Source: Bacilli bacterium (GTDB lineage Bacteria; Bacillota_I; Bacilli_A; RF39; UBA660). From it: DNA of 64,000 bases. Made by a program: the position numbers and the translations under genes. Shown one piece after another: positions 32,901 to 40,802 of this stretch. Below the pieces are notes generated by a model. The model made no database searches. It worked only from the letters and a program-made list of their open reading frames with translations, and was not told the origin of the DNA. The stretch spans positions 350 through 64,349 of the forward strand of contig JAGAYJ010000008.1 of NCBI GenBank assembly GCA_017940575.1, read 5' to 3'. The stretch's first letter is position 1; each line of letters starts with the position of its first letter.

Positions 32901-33176
32901 AGTGCTGGAGGAGGCTCATCATATATATCAGGTCATAAAGGTTCAATAGCTATAACATCCGCTTCAAATTTATCACCAAGAAAGAATTCTAGCAATGCTA
33001 CTTGTGCATCTGGAACTACGGATATAACTTGTAGTTATCACTATTCAAATAATATTTTTAAATCAACATCTATGATAGATGGAAATAGTTCAATGCCAAA
33101 TAAATCGGGTAGTGGTAATACTACTGGTAATACTGGTAATGGTTATGCTAAAATTACATATTTAGGATTTAATTAA
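29913..33176 (+). CDS. giant modular type IV pilin-like protein: prepilin N-terminus, Ig-like module, 2.5 tandem ~210-aa repeats, C-terminal ALK/LTK-like glycine-rich domain
   Basis: 1087 aa. MKKG|FTLVELLGTIVLISILAVITIPVV is a class III signal peptide (G-1, F+1, E+5). The C-terminal ~310 aa carry YKIELWGAQGG, GGKGAYTSG, LYVYVGGAG, GSGGGATDIRI, IMVAAGGGGSYSG, GGGGGYYGG and AGGGSSYISG, collinear with the ALK glycine-rich region as I recall it. Confidence 0.85.
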   Translation: MKKGFTLVELLGTIVLISILAVITIPVVTKIVDYVRKEAVKNSVYSLFKSAYIYYAENEIENKNDKIIFTCDGNKCMTAKGGRLSFKGSAPTGGQIITDVDGKAEAYYLRIGEWCILGTKSYLDINKDCTKLDATSAEVTLKQVAVTSKSITVQVNATDNESSIKKIIYDFDGKTYEEDYNNGVVNTTRSFSNLKAGQEYNIKVKVINGNDLEQNEQINISTLDLGTLIVKFNNTPATSQNGYLKSQTAYLDYSSNDAEGYYIKSLRDAKSDINSKKVCTGDTVPDECTNSETLNIEANKWYYFEDSPNLTYNETNSTDAVLYARVTNGISITSNSSGTISKIDQDKPILELDTSTATSKNIIIPFTTTDEHSGLNTQTCKYSTTDGSYTSSATVEDSTCLINNVNHNTTYYYQICSTDLVGNKKCETGSNKTLKLSVTLKSTNTPSNAQNEYLKTQVWNLDTTGSPTGYYIKSTRAATSSVNLTKSCGSDTDPTTCTDITSTKNMDANIWYYTESKPSITYDKTATQTDTLLARITDGKNTTVNASATVSKIDITSPTVTLGTATVTSNSVSIPITSSDAHSGLNTVTCKYSTTSGSYTEDASSATTSNCLISNAGSNSTYYYQVCINDLVGNESTCKTGSAKTTQLSVTLKSTNTPTTAVNGYLTKQVWNLTTTGNPTGYWIKSTRAATSSVNLTQSCGTDDSPGTCTTITATKSMTANTWYYTTSKPSITYSSTSTTTATLYAKITDGYNTTLYNSATVSKIENCSYSANKQWSYGYKGNYQTFTTPCTGNYKIELWGAQGGNTTATGGKGAYTSGTITLTHSQKLYVYVGGAGSSTEAGVQQTISGGYNGGGSTGGQDCCNRKFGSGGGATDIRITSGTWNNATSLASRIMVAAGGGGSYSGTNDVEAANNGGAGGTLIGKNGTQSGGTEHTYCYGLGGTQLAGGLVTTDCYYKASFTSVKLSSFGKGGGDTGARTGGGGGYYGGSSSGHIASAGGGSSYISGHKGSIAITSASNLSPRKNSSNATCASGTTDITCSYHYSNNIFKSTSMIDGNSSMPNKSGSGNTTGNTGNGYAKITYLGFN
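30585..32210 (+). repeat. tandem intragenic repeats in the pilin gene (units about 30585-31211, 31212-31847, partial 31848-32210)
   Basis: Protein units aa 225-433, 434-645 and 646-766 align throughout (e.g. LSVTLKSTNTP, IKSTRAATSSVNLT.SCG, WYYT.SKPSITY, SKID, SGLNT.TCKYSTT, YYYQ.C). Units 2 and 3 are the most similar. Confidence 0.85.
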
Positions 33177-33186
33177 AACACATATT

Positions 33187-33220
33187 AAAAAATGTATCAT
33201 ATTATTGATACATTTTTTTG
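33187..33220 (+). terminator. intrinsic terminator of the pilin gene
   Basis: AATGTATCA-TATTAT-TGATACATT followed by TTTTT, flanked upstream by an A-run. Confidence 0.75.
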
Positions 33221-33263
33221 TATAAAACTAAAAACAATAACCACTATATAATAGGTGATATAA

Positions 33264-33779
33264 ATGAAAAAAATATGTGTTATTTTATTAATAGTTATTA
33301 TGTTTATCTCAAATACCAAAGCTAGTTCTAAGTTAATTCCTGATGAAGCAATAAGATTTAGAGTAATTGCCAATAGTGATAGTGAGTACGACCAAAAAAT
33401 CAAACTGATTGTTAAAGAAAATGTTGAAAAAGAACTTTATACTTTACTCAAAAATACTAGAGGAATTGACAATGCTAGAGAAATAATTAAATCAAATGTC
33501 GGTATTATAGATAGTATAATTAATAAAACATTAATAGAAAATAATTACGATAAATCATACAGTGTAAACTATGGAATGAACTATTTTCCAAAAAAGGAAT
33601 ATAAAGGTGTTACTTATAGTGAAGGATACTATGAATCATTAGTAGTTACATTAGGCGAAGGTAAGGGTAAAAACTGGTGGTGTGTTTTATTTCCACCACT
33701 ATGTTTAGTAGAAGCAGAAGAATCAAATAAAGTTGAATATAAATTTTTTATAAAAGAGTTAATTGATAAATATTTATAA
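33264..33779 (+). CDS. spoIIR: stage II sporulation protein R
   Basis: 171 aa with a signal peptide. Motifs IRFRVIANSDSEYDQKIKLIVKENV and WWCVLFPPLC. Confidence 0.9.
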   Translation: MKKICVILLIVIMFISNTKASSKLIPDEAIRFRVIANSDSEYDQKIKLIVKENVEKELYTLLKNTRGIDNAREIIKSNVGIIDSIINKTLIENNYDKSYSVNYGMNYFPKKEYKGVTYSEGYYESLVVTLGEGKGKNWWCVLFPPLCLVEAEESNKVEYKFFIKELIDKYL

Positions 33780-33788
33780 GCATAAAAT

Positions 33789-33825
33789 AAAGCTTCCTAA
33801 AGTATTATAAATTAGGAGGCTTTTT
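33789..33825 (+). terminator. spoIIR terminator hairpin whose 3' arm contains the mntP Shine-Dalgarno
   Basis: 12-bp stem, 33789-33800 with 33812-33823 (one G-U pair), 11-nt loop, then a T-run. AGGAGG at 33814-33819; mntP ATG at 33828. Confidence 0.6.
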
Positions 33826-33827
33826 AT

Positions 33828-34358
33828 ATGTCATTAATATTAGTTATATTAGTTGCAGTATCTTTAAGTATGGATGCATTTTCACTCTCACTTGCATATG
33901 GAACACTTGGTATGAAAAAAACTGAAATAAATATATTATCTATTATAGTTGGTATATATCATTTTATAATGCCTTTAATAGGTGAAAGTGTTGGAAGTAC
34001 AATTATAAATATACTTCCAATAACACCCAATACGCTTGTATTTATGGTATTATTTTTAATAGGATTTGAGATGATTATTGAATCATTTAAAGATAATAAT
34101 TCTATTTCTAAATTAAGTATTATAGGTATGCTTATATTTGGTTTTGCTGTATCAATAGATAGTTTTACATTAGGACTAGGTTTAAATGTTTTATATAAAT
34201 ATAAAATAGTATCAGCACTTATTTTTTCACTAACCAGTTTTATATTTACATATATAGGTCTTAATATAGGAAAATTTATAAATAATAAAGTAGGTAAGAT
34301 ATCAACACTTTTTGGTGGATTAATGTTAATAATTCTAGGCATATTTTATATCATTTAA
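33828..34358 (+). CDS. mntP: manganese efflux pump MntP
   Basis: 176 aa, 6 TM. Duplicated motif VSLSMDAFSLSLAYG / FAVSIDSFTLGLGL. Confidence 0.88.
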   Translation: MSLILVILVAVSLSMDAFSLSLAYGTLGMKKTEINILSIIVGIYHFIMPLIGESVGSTIINILPITPNTLVFMVLFLIGFEMIIESFKDNNSISKLSIIGMLIFGFAVSIDSFTLGLGLNVLYKYKIVSALIFSLTSFIFTYIGLNIGKFINNKVGKISTLFGGLMLIILGIFYII

Positions 34359-34419
34359 TTTACAATTTTTAAAATATTTACTATAATATATATAGAACAT
34401 ACTCAATACGGAGGTTTTT

Positions 34420-35673
34420 ATGAAACAAATAAAAATAGAAGGTAATAATATACTAACCGGAGAAATAAAAATAAGTGGTGCGAAAAATAGTGCTGTCGCA
34501 CTTATTCCAGCATCTCTTTTATCAGATGGAATAGTAAAAATAGATAATGTTCCAAATATATCAGATATAGATGCATTAGATGAAATATTAACATATTTAG
34601 GTGCAACTGTAAAAAGAACAGATAGTACTATAGAAATAGATAGTTCAAAAATTGAAAACAAAGAAATTCCTGAATCTATTTCAAAAAAACTAAGAGCATC
34701 ATATTATTTTATGTCAGCATTACTTGCTAAATATAAAAAAGTAGAAATGTACTTTCCAGGAGGATGTAATATAGGATCACGTCCAATAGATCAAACATTA
34801 AAAGCTTTTAGATTGTTAGGCGCAACTGTAATTGAAGAAAATAATAAATATACAATTACAGCAGAAGAATTAATAGGAAATAATATATATTTAGATATGC
34901 CAAGCGTTGGTGCTACTATAAATGCTATGTTAGTAGCAACTCGTGCAAAAGGAAAAACATATATATATAATGCAGCAAAAGAACCTGAAATAGTATCTAT
35001 AGCCACATTTTTAAATCAAATGGGTGCAAAAATATTAGGAGCAGGAACAAATCATATAGAAATAACTGGTGTTGATAAATTAAATAGTTGTTTTACAGAA
35101 GTTATTCCAGATAGAATAGAAGCAGGAACATATATAATAGCAGGTGCACTTGTAGGAGATAATTTAAAGATAACAAATATTATTCCAGAACACATAGAAT
35201 CACTAACAACTAAGATGAAAGAAATGGGATGTAATATTAAAATAGGTGAAGATTATGTAATAGTATCAAAAAAAGATAATCTAAAACCTATTAAAGTACA
35301 AACACTTGGTTATCCAGGATTTCCAACTGATCTACAACAACCTTTAACAGCTCTTCTAACACAAGCAAACGGCCTTTCTATATTAGAAGAAACAATTTAT
35401 GAGAATAGATTTAATAATGTAAAATATTTAAATAAAATGGGTGCATTTATTACAATAGAAGGTAAAAAGATATTTGTAAATGGACCAAGTAATTTAAAAG
35501 GAAAAGTTGTAGAAGCAACAGATTTAAGAGCAGGAGCATGTATGGTTCTTGCAGCCTTAAAAGCGAGTGGTACAACAACAATTACTCAAATAGAACATGT
35601 TTTAAGAGGATATGAAAATATTGTGGAAAAACTAAGTAATGTTGGTGCTAAAATTACCTTGGAAGATATATAA
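34420..35673 (+). CDS. murA: UDP-N-acetylglucosamine 1-carboxyvinyltransferase
   Basis: 417 aa. Motifs ISGAKNSAVALIPA, FPGGCNIGSRPID (catalytic Cys), TDLRAGA. Confidence 0.96.
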   Translation: MKQIKIEGNNILTGEIKISGAKNSAVALIPASLLSDGIVKIDNVPNISDIDALDEILTYLGATVKRTDSTIEIDSSKIENKEIPESISKKLRASYYFMSALLAKYKKVEMYFPGGCNIGSRPIDQTLKAFRLLGATVIEENNKYTITAEELIGNNIYLDMPSVGATINAMLVATRAKGKTYIYNAAKEPEIVSIATFLNQMGAKILGAGTNHIEITGVDKLNSCFTEVIPDRIEAGTYIIAGALVGDNLKITNIIPEHIESLTTKMKEMGCNIKIGEDYVIVSKKDNLKPIKVQTLGYPGFPTDLQQPLTALLTQANGLSILEETIYENRFNNVKYLNKMGAFITIEGKKIFVNGPSNLKGKVVEATDLRAGACMVLAALKASGTTTITQIEHVLRGYENIVEKLSNVGAKITLEDI

Positions 35674-35713
35674 TTAAATAGAGTAAATACTCTATTTTTT
35701 TTGAGGTGAGATA

Positions 35714-36328
35714 GTGAAATTTAAGTCATTTATTGTATTTATATTAATTACTTTAATAATATTTTTGATTTATATATTTAATATTGATAAGAAAATATAC
35801 TATGTAAATATAACAGAAGAAGATGTGAAGTATAATAATTATATTAAAAATAAATTAAATGACTCATCAAAATTAGAAAAATACATTAACTATAATAATA
35901 AGAATTATCGTGTAACAGACTTAATAAATGATATAAATAATAATAAAAAAATAGATAATATAAATATACAAAATGCTTTAATAAAAGCTGATTTACTCAC
36001 AATAAAAATAGGTGCAAATGAACTTAATTATAAAGCAAATAGTACTAATTTAACAAAACTATATGAATATACAGATGAATTTATAAAGGATATAGAACAA
36101 TTATTTACTTTACTTAGAAAATACGATAAAGAAAAAATATTTTTTATAGGTATATATAATTCAAATTCAACTTACTTAGATGAAGTATATAAATATATTA
36201 ACTTAAAGATTCAAGATTTATGTATGGAATATGATATATATTATATTGAAAATAATAATTTAAAACATGATAGAGAAAATCTAAAAGTAGGAGAAAAAGT
36301 ATTAAAATACTTGCATTTAAAGATATAA
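35714..36328 (+). CDS. membrane-anchored hypothetical protein, possibly a degenerate SGNH/GDSL-like fold
   Basis: 204 aa, GTG start after SD GAGGTGA, N-terminal TM. LLTIKIGANEL resembles SGNH block III, but no GDS block is present. Confidence 0.6.
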   Translation: MKFKSFIVFILITLIIFLIYIFNIDKKIYYVNITEEDVKYNNYIKNKLNDSSKLEKYINYNNKNYRVTDLINDINNNKKIDNINIQNALIKADLLTIKIGANELNYKANSTNLTKLYEYTDEFIKDIEQLFTLLRKYDKEKIFFIGIYNSNSTYLDEVYKYINLKIQDLCMEYDIYYIENNNLKHDRENLKVGEKVLKYLHLKI

Positions 36329-36396
36329 CTTGCTATAATATAGGAGCAATAAATTTCTATGGCATGAATTTGTCATGGCGGAAGGAGTGCTAAATT

Positions 36397-36606
36397 ATGA
36401 AGAAAAACATTCATCCTAATTATATGGAAACAAAAGTAACTTGTGCTTGTGGAAACACTTTTACAGTTAAATCAAACGTTCCAGAATTACACTTAGAAAC
36501 TTGTAATAAATGTCATCCATTCTATACAGGTGTTCAAGGTGCAGTATCTAAAACTGGACGTATTGAAATGTTTAATCGTAAATTTGGATTAAAAGAAGAA
36601 AAATAA
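36397..36606 (+). CDS. rpmE: 50S ribosomal protein L31 (Cys-containing, zinc-binding type)
   Basis: 69 aa. Motifs MKKNIHPNY, CACGNTF, CNKCHPFYTG. Confidence 0.95.
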   Translation: MKKNIHPNYMETKVTCACGNTFTVKSNVPELHLETCNKCHPFYTGVQGAVSKTGRIEMFNRKFGLKEEK

Positions 36607-36630
36607 TATCACTTTAAGTGATATTTTTTT
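36606..36630 (+). terminator. rpmE intrinsic terminator
   Basis: ATATCACT-TTA-AGTGATAT followed by TTTTTT. Confidence 0.7.
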
Positions 36631-36633
36631 ATA

Positions 36634-36657
36634 CAAAAAAGCACATTTTAGTGCTTT
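36634..36657 (-). terminator. terminator of the minus-strand fem/flippase operon
   Basis: AAAGCAC-N6-GTGCTTT. On the minus strand it is followed by TTTTTT. Overlaps the fem stop codon. Confidence 0.6.
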
Positions 36658-37910
36658 ATTTTTCTATAAATAGGTATTAATCTCTTGTATACAAAATACA
36701 TAAATTTATTAGTAATTAAATCAAATTCACCAATAAATTCAGTATATTCGCCACCTAACCTTTTTTTGAAATTGTGAATGCCGAATGTAGGGTTTGTCTT
36801 ATCTGGATTAGCTTCACCACTACATCCAAAGAAATCAATTAATTTATATCCTTCTTTATGAGCATCTTCAATTATTTTTAAATATAAAAGATAATTAGAA
36901 TTTAACTCTCTAAGTAAAGTAGAATTCCCACCATGTATAGTCCATACCTTATCTTTATATTTTGCTGTCATAATAGAGGATAAAATAATCTCATTTTTAT
37001 CTATTTTTTTAATATCTTCTAATTCTTTTTTAGCTTTATCTAATTGATTAGTTAAATCTTTAAGTAAATTATCTCTTTTCTTTTGATTTTGAAGATTTTT
37101 AGTATCTTCAATATTCTTCTCAATAAAACTTACTTTATCGCTATAAGATTTAACTAAATCAGATATTTTAACACTTACAACATATAAATCAGACATATTA
37201 TGTTTATTTAATATTTCATAATAGTTTTTAAAGTATTCTATAGGAAGAACTTTTTTCATAGACTCTCTATCAGCTGTTTCTAACATTGTTTGATAAAATT
37301 TATCAATATCCGAAATATCACCTTTATACATATTTAAATTATATTGATTGCCTTTATTTAATATTTTTCTAGTTGTTGGATGCATTCCATTATAGATTTC
37401 TTCCCATGGTCTATCTAAATTAAGCCTAAATGTATATCTAGGTTGTTCCCCATGATTTCCTACAAAACTCTTAAAAAATCCCATATGTTTATAGCCAATT
37501 TTACCTAAAAAATTAAGTAATTCAAAATTATTATTATCTCCAACTACATTCCCATCTAAATCTAAGTCATGAAGTTTTAAATCAGGATCAATTTTAACAA
37601 ATATTCCTTTATTTTTCTTAGCATAACTGTATATATATTTTGTAAAAGTTTTAATTAATTCATAATTCTTATAATCAATTACATATCCTCTTGGAACATA
37701 ATAGTAACAGTATTTACCAAGTAGTTTTTTTTGAAGCATCAATGCGCTCGCAACAATTTTATTATTCTCTTTTAAAACAACATAATGTGGTATAAAGTTT
37801 TTATAACGCATTACATCTGCCCAATATCTACTTTGCATGAAATGAGCATTTGAATAATTAGATACATATTCTTCATATTCATCTAAGTTGTTTATCTCTT
37901 CAAATATCAT
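36648..37910 (-). CDS. FemAB-family peptidoglycan interpeptide-bridge aminoacyltransferase (paralogue 1)
   Basis: 420 aa. Motifs FMQSRYWA, YYYVPRGYVIDY, a coiled-coil insertion (aa ~245-305), and GGNS...FGIHNFKKRLGG. Confidence 0.88.
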   Translation of the reverse strand: MIFEEINNLDEYEEYVSNYSNAHFMQSRYWADVMRYKNFIPHYVVLKENNKIVASALMLQKKLLGKYCYYYVPRGYVIDYKNYELIKTFTKYIYSYAKKNKGIFVKIDPDLKLHDLDLDGNVVGDNNNFELLNFLGKIGYKHMGFFKSFVGNHGEQPRYTFRLNLDRPWEEIYNGMHPTTRKILNKGNQYNLNMYKGDISDIDKFYQTMLETADRESMKKVLPIEYFKNYYEILNKHNMSDLYVVSVKISDLVKSYSDKVSFIEKNIEDTKNLQNQKKRDNLLKDLTNQLDKAKKELEDIKKIDKNEIILSSIMTAKYKDKVWTIHGGNSTLLRELNSNYLLYLKIIEDAHKEGYKLIDFFGCSGEANPDKTNPTFGIHNFKKRLGGEYTEFIGEFDLITNKFMYFVYKRLIPIYRKIKH

Positions 37911-39469
37911 ATTTTCATCCCTTTTCTAAATAGTTTTTTAAAAATATTTGATATCTTTTCATAGAAATACTTAAATTCTTCAGTTCTTCTAAATAATAGT
38001 ATAATTATTAAGTTATATAAAATAAATGTAATGATTGCTGTAAATAACCAAATTAGTATGTGAGTAGTATTAAAGAATGTTGATAAATAATATAAAATAC
38101 CACATGAACTTAAAAATATTATTAAATAATAAATATATCTTCTATAATACTCAAATACATTTGCTTTAAATCCATACTTATAAATAACAAGTGGATCTAA
38201 CCAAGCAATTGTAAGAAGTCTTGATACTATAGTACCAATAAGTACACCAGCAATACCCATTGGCTTAACAAGTATAACAGATACTACAATATTTATAATA
38301 ACCATTACAATTGGTCTAAATTTAGCTTTATAAAATAATCCGTATGCTGATCTAAAAGAATTTGTAACCGCACCCATACCAGTTAAATAAAAGTTAAATG
38401 CTAGTAAAAAAGCTACTGTAGTACTTAATACATAATCATGATTTAGCCATATTTCAATAAATGGGTTAATAAGTATAAATAAACATACACTAAATAATGA
38501 ATAAATATAAAAATTAAAGAATGATAAATTCTCATAAATACTTTTACTTCTTTCATTATTGGTAGCTACTAAATTACCAATTGATGAAGTGATAGAATTA
38601 AAAAGTTGATTTAAAACATTATTAAGTGAATTAGTTATTAAAATATAGTTTGAGTAAATACCAACAGGTATAAGTCCCATAAACTTAGAAATAACTATAT
38701 TATCAGTACCAAGTGTTACAACAGAACCAATTTTATAAATAAGTAAAGCCTTAACATTAGTAATGATTTCATCTTTATCTTCCTTAGATATAACATCTTC
38801 TGTCTTATCTTTAATAAATGGATACATTTTATCTGCTTTAATTGAAATCCATATATTTTGAATTAAGACAAATACTATTGAACAAAATAAATATATAATA
38901 AAGTTTTTAGTTAAAATAAGTAAAATAACACGTGTTATATTAAGAAAAAATGAAGAAATAAATGTAATATTTGATGTAATATATCCCTTTTGATCTGAAT
39001 CAATTAAGAATTTCTTATATACAAAAAAGTAAGTCAAAGCAGAATGTATTACAAATAAGTCATATATAAAATAAATTCCTTTTATATTAGGCATATCTTT
39101 AATAATATGGCTTAAAAAAGGCGTTAAAGATAAACCAATTACTAAAACAACACATCCAATTATATTATATACATTTCTATAAAATTTCATTAAAACTCTT
39201 ATTTTTTTAGTATCCTTATCAGCAAGTGGTTTATATAAACTATAAGGTATTGCAACTCCTATTCCTAAATCGGCTAGCGATAATAGAGTAATAATATTAG
39301 AAAAAAGTCCATTAATTCCTAAATACTCTTTTCCTAAGATAAATATAAAAATTGTTTTAACAACAAAATCCATAATAATTGTTAAAACTTGCGTAATAAT
39401 AGAAATAGAAGAATTTCTAATTGAGTTTTTAGTTCTTGAATCTGTATTCATAAGCCACTCCTTATCCAA
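37907..39469 (-). CDS. MOP-superfamily (Wzx/polysaccharide-biosynthesis type) flippase
   Basis: 520 aa, about 14 TM. N-terminus SIRNSSISIITQVLTIIMDFVVKTIFIFILGKEYLGINGLFSNI is typical of oligosaccharide flippases. Confidence 0.82.
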   Translation of the reverse strand: MDKEWLMNTDSRTKNSIRNSSISIITQVLTIIMDFVVKTIFIFILGKEYLGINGLFSNIITLLSLADLGIGVAIPYSLYKPLADKDTKKIRVLMKFYRNVYNIIGCVVLVIGLSLTPFLSHIIKDMPNIKGIYFIYDLFVIHSALTYFFVYKKFLIDSDQKGYITSNITFISSFFLNITRVILLILTKNFIIYLFCSIVFVLIQNIWISIKADKMYPFIKDKTEDVISKEDKDEIITNVKALLIYKIGSVVTLGTDNIVISKFMGLIPVGIYSNYILITNSLNNVLNQLFNSITSSIGNLVATNNERSKSIYENLSFFNFYIYSLFSVCLFILINPFIEIWLNHDYVLSTTVAFLLAFNFYLTGMGAVTNSFRSAYGLFYKAKFRPIVMVIINIVVSVILVKPMGIAGVLIGTIVSRLLTIAWLDPLVIYKYGFKANVFEYYRRYIYYLIIFLSSCGILYYLSTFFNTTHILIWLFTAIITFILYNLIIILLFRRTEEFKYFYEKISNIFKKLFRKGMKI

Positions 39470-39539
39470 TATACATTATATCATATTTAATGACATTATA
39501 AAAAAAATATAGTATAATATTTAAAGTGAGAGTGATAAT

Positions 39540-40802
39540 ATGTTAGTAGAATTAACTAGTGATGAATTTAATGAATATAGTAAACATCATAAAAGTAGTA
39601 TCTTTTTTGAGAGCTCTTATTGGGGTGAACTAAAAGCAAGTACTGGTTGGATTTCATATTATGTTGGATATAAAGAGAATAGTATTAAATGTGCCACTCT
39701 TCTACTTGCAAAAAAAATACCAGTTATAAATAAATATATATTTTATTCACCAAGAGGCTTTTTAATAGACTATCAAAATAAAGAATTAGTTAAAAAATTT
39801 ACAGAAGAAATATTTAAATTTGTAAAAAATAAAAAAGGAATATTCTTTAAAATAAATCCAATGTTAATATATCAAGAGAGAGATATAAATGGTGATATAG
39901 TTGAAGGTGGAATTAATAATAAGGATGTAGTTGATTATTTAAAAGAAATAGGTTATCAACATGTTGGCTTAACTAATGACTATGGAAAAGATATTGAACC
40001 TCGTTGGATATCAGTACTTGACTTAAAAGATAAAACATATGATGATATATATAATGGTTATAACAAACTTAAAAAACGTCATATGAAAAGTATATCTAAA
40101 CTTAATTTTAAACTAGTTGAGATAGATAAATCCAGAATGGATGAATATAAAAAAATGATGTCTAAAACATCCGTAAGAAGAGGATTCATTGATAGACCAC
40201 TATCATATTATAATAAAATGTATGATGTATTTAAACCAAACGATATTATAAAAGTTATGTTTGTAGAAATAAACTTCCAAGAAAAATTAGAACAAGATAT
40301 AGCAAGATTAAATGAATTAAATAGTAAAATTGAATCAGAAAAAAATAAAAATAAAGTAAATGAAAATTTAATTAATGAACTTGTAAGACAAACAGAATCA
40401 ATTAATAAAACAATTAAAGAAGATAAAGATTACATTGAAGAATATGGTTCAAAAGATATACCTATATCATCCGGATTATTTATGTGTTTTGGACCTGAAG
40501 TTGTATATTTATTTGGTGCGAATTATGAAGAGTTCATGAATTTAAATGGTGCAACTTACCTAATGGATCAAATGATTAAATATGCAATAGATAATAAGTT
40601 TGAAAGATATAACTTCTATGGTATTACAGGACACTTTGAGTCTAGTCATCCAATGTATGGATTATTTGATTTTAAAAGAGGCTTTGGAGCAAATGTAGAA
40701 GAACTTATAGGTGAATTTACATATGTAACAAATAAGTTTTATTATTATATATATAAAATAATGAAAAAATGTTATAGTTTAATGAAGAAGGTGAAAAGAT
40801 GA
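39540..40802 (+). CDS. FemAB-family peptidoglycan interpeptide-bridge aminoacyltransferase (paralogue 2)
   Basis: 420 aa. Motifs FFESSYWG, FYSPRGFLIDY, a coiled-coil insertion, and FDFKRGFGA. Roughly one-third identical to paralogue 1 by eye. Confidence 0.88.
   Translation: MLVELTSDEFNEYSKHHKSSIFFESSYWGELKASTGWISYYVGYKENSIKCATLLLAKKIPVINKYIFYSPRGFLIDYQNKELVKKFTEEIFKFVKNKKGIFFKINPMLIYQERDINGDIVEGGINNKDVVDYLKEIGYQHVGLTNDYGKDIEPRWISVLDLKDKTYDDIYNGYNKLKKRHMKSISKLNFKLVEIDKSRMDEYKKMMSKTSVRRGFIDRPLSYYNKMYDVFKPNDIIKVMFVEINFQEKLEQDIARLNELNSKIESEKNKNKVNENLINELVRQTESINKTIKEDKDYIEEYGSKDIPISSGLFMCFGPEVVYLFGANYEEFMNLNGATYLMDQMIKYAIDNKFERYNFYGITGHFESSHPMYGLFDFKRGFGANVEELIGEFTYVTNKFYYYIYKIMKKCYSLMKKVKR

Noticed and set aside
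33780-33827. yybP-ykoY (Mn) riboswitch expected upstream of mntP
   Set aside because: Only 48 nt are available, and they are fully explained by a terminator hairpin. The riboswitch needs about 100 nt with conserved GGAGAGUAG-type elements that are absent.
33197-34661. Minus-strand ORFs 33197..33403, 33959..34342 and 34335..34661
   Set aside because: They are antisense to spoIIR, mntP and murA. Their hydrophobic translations mirror the membrane protein on the opposite strand.
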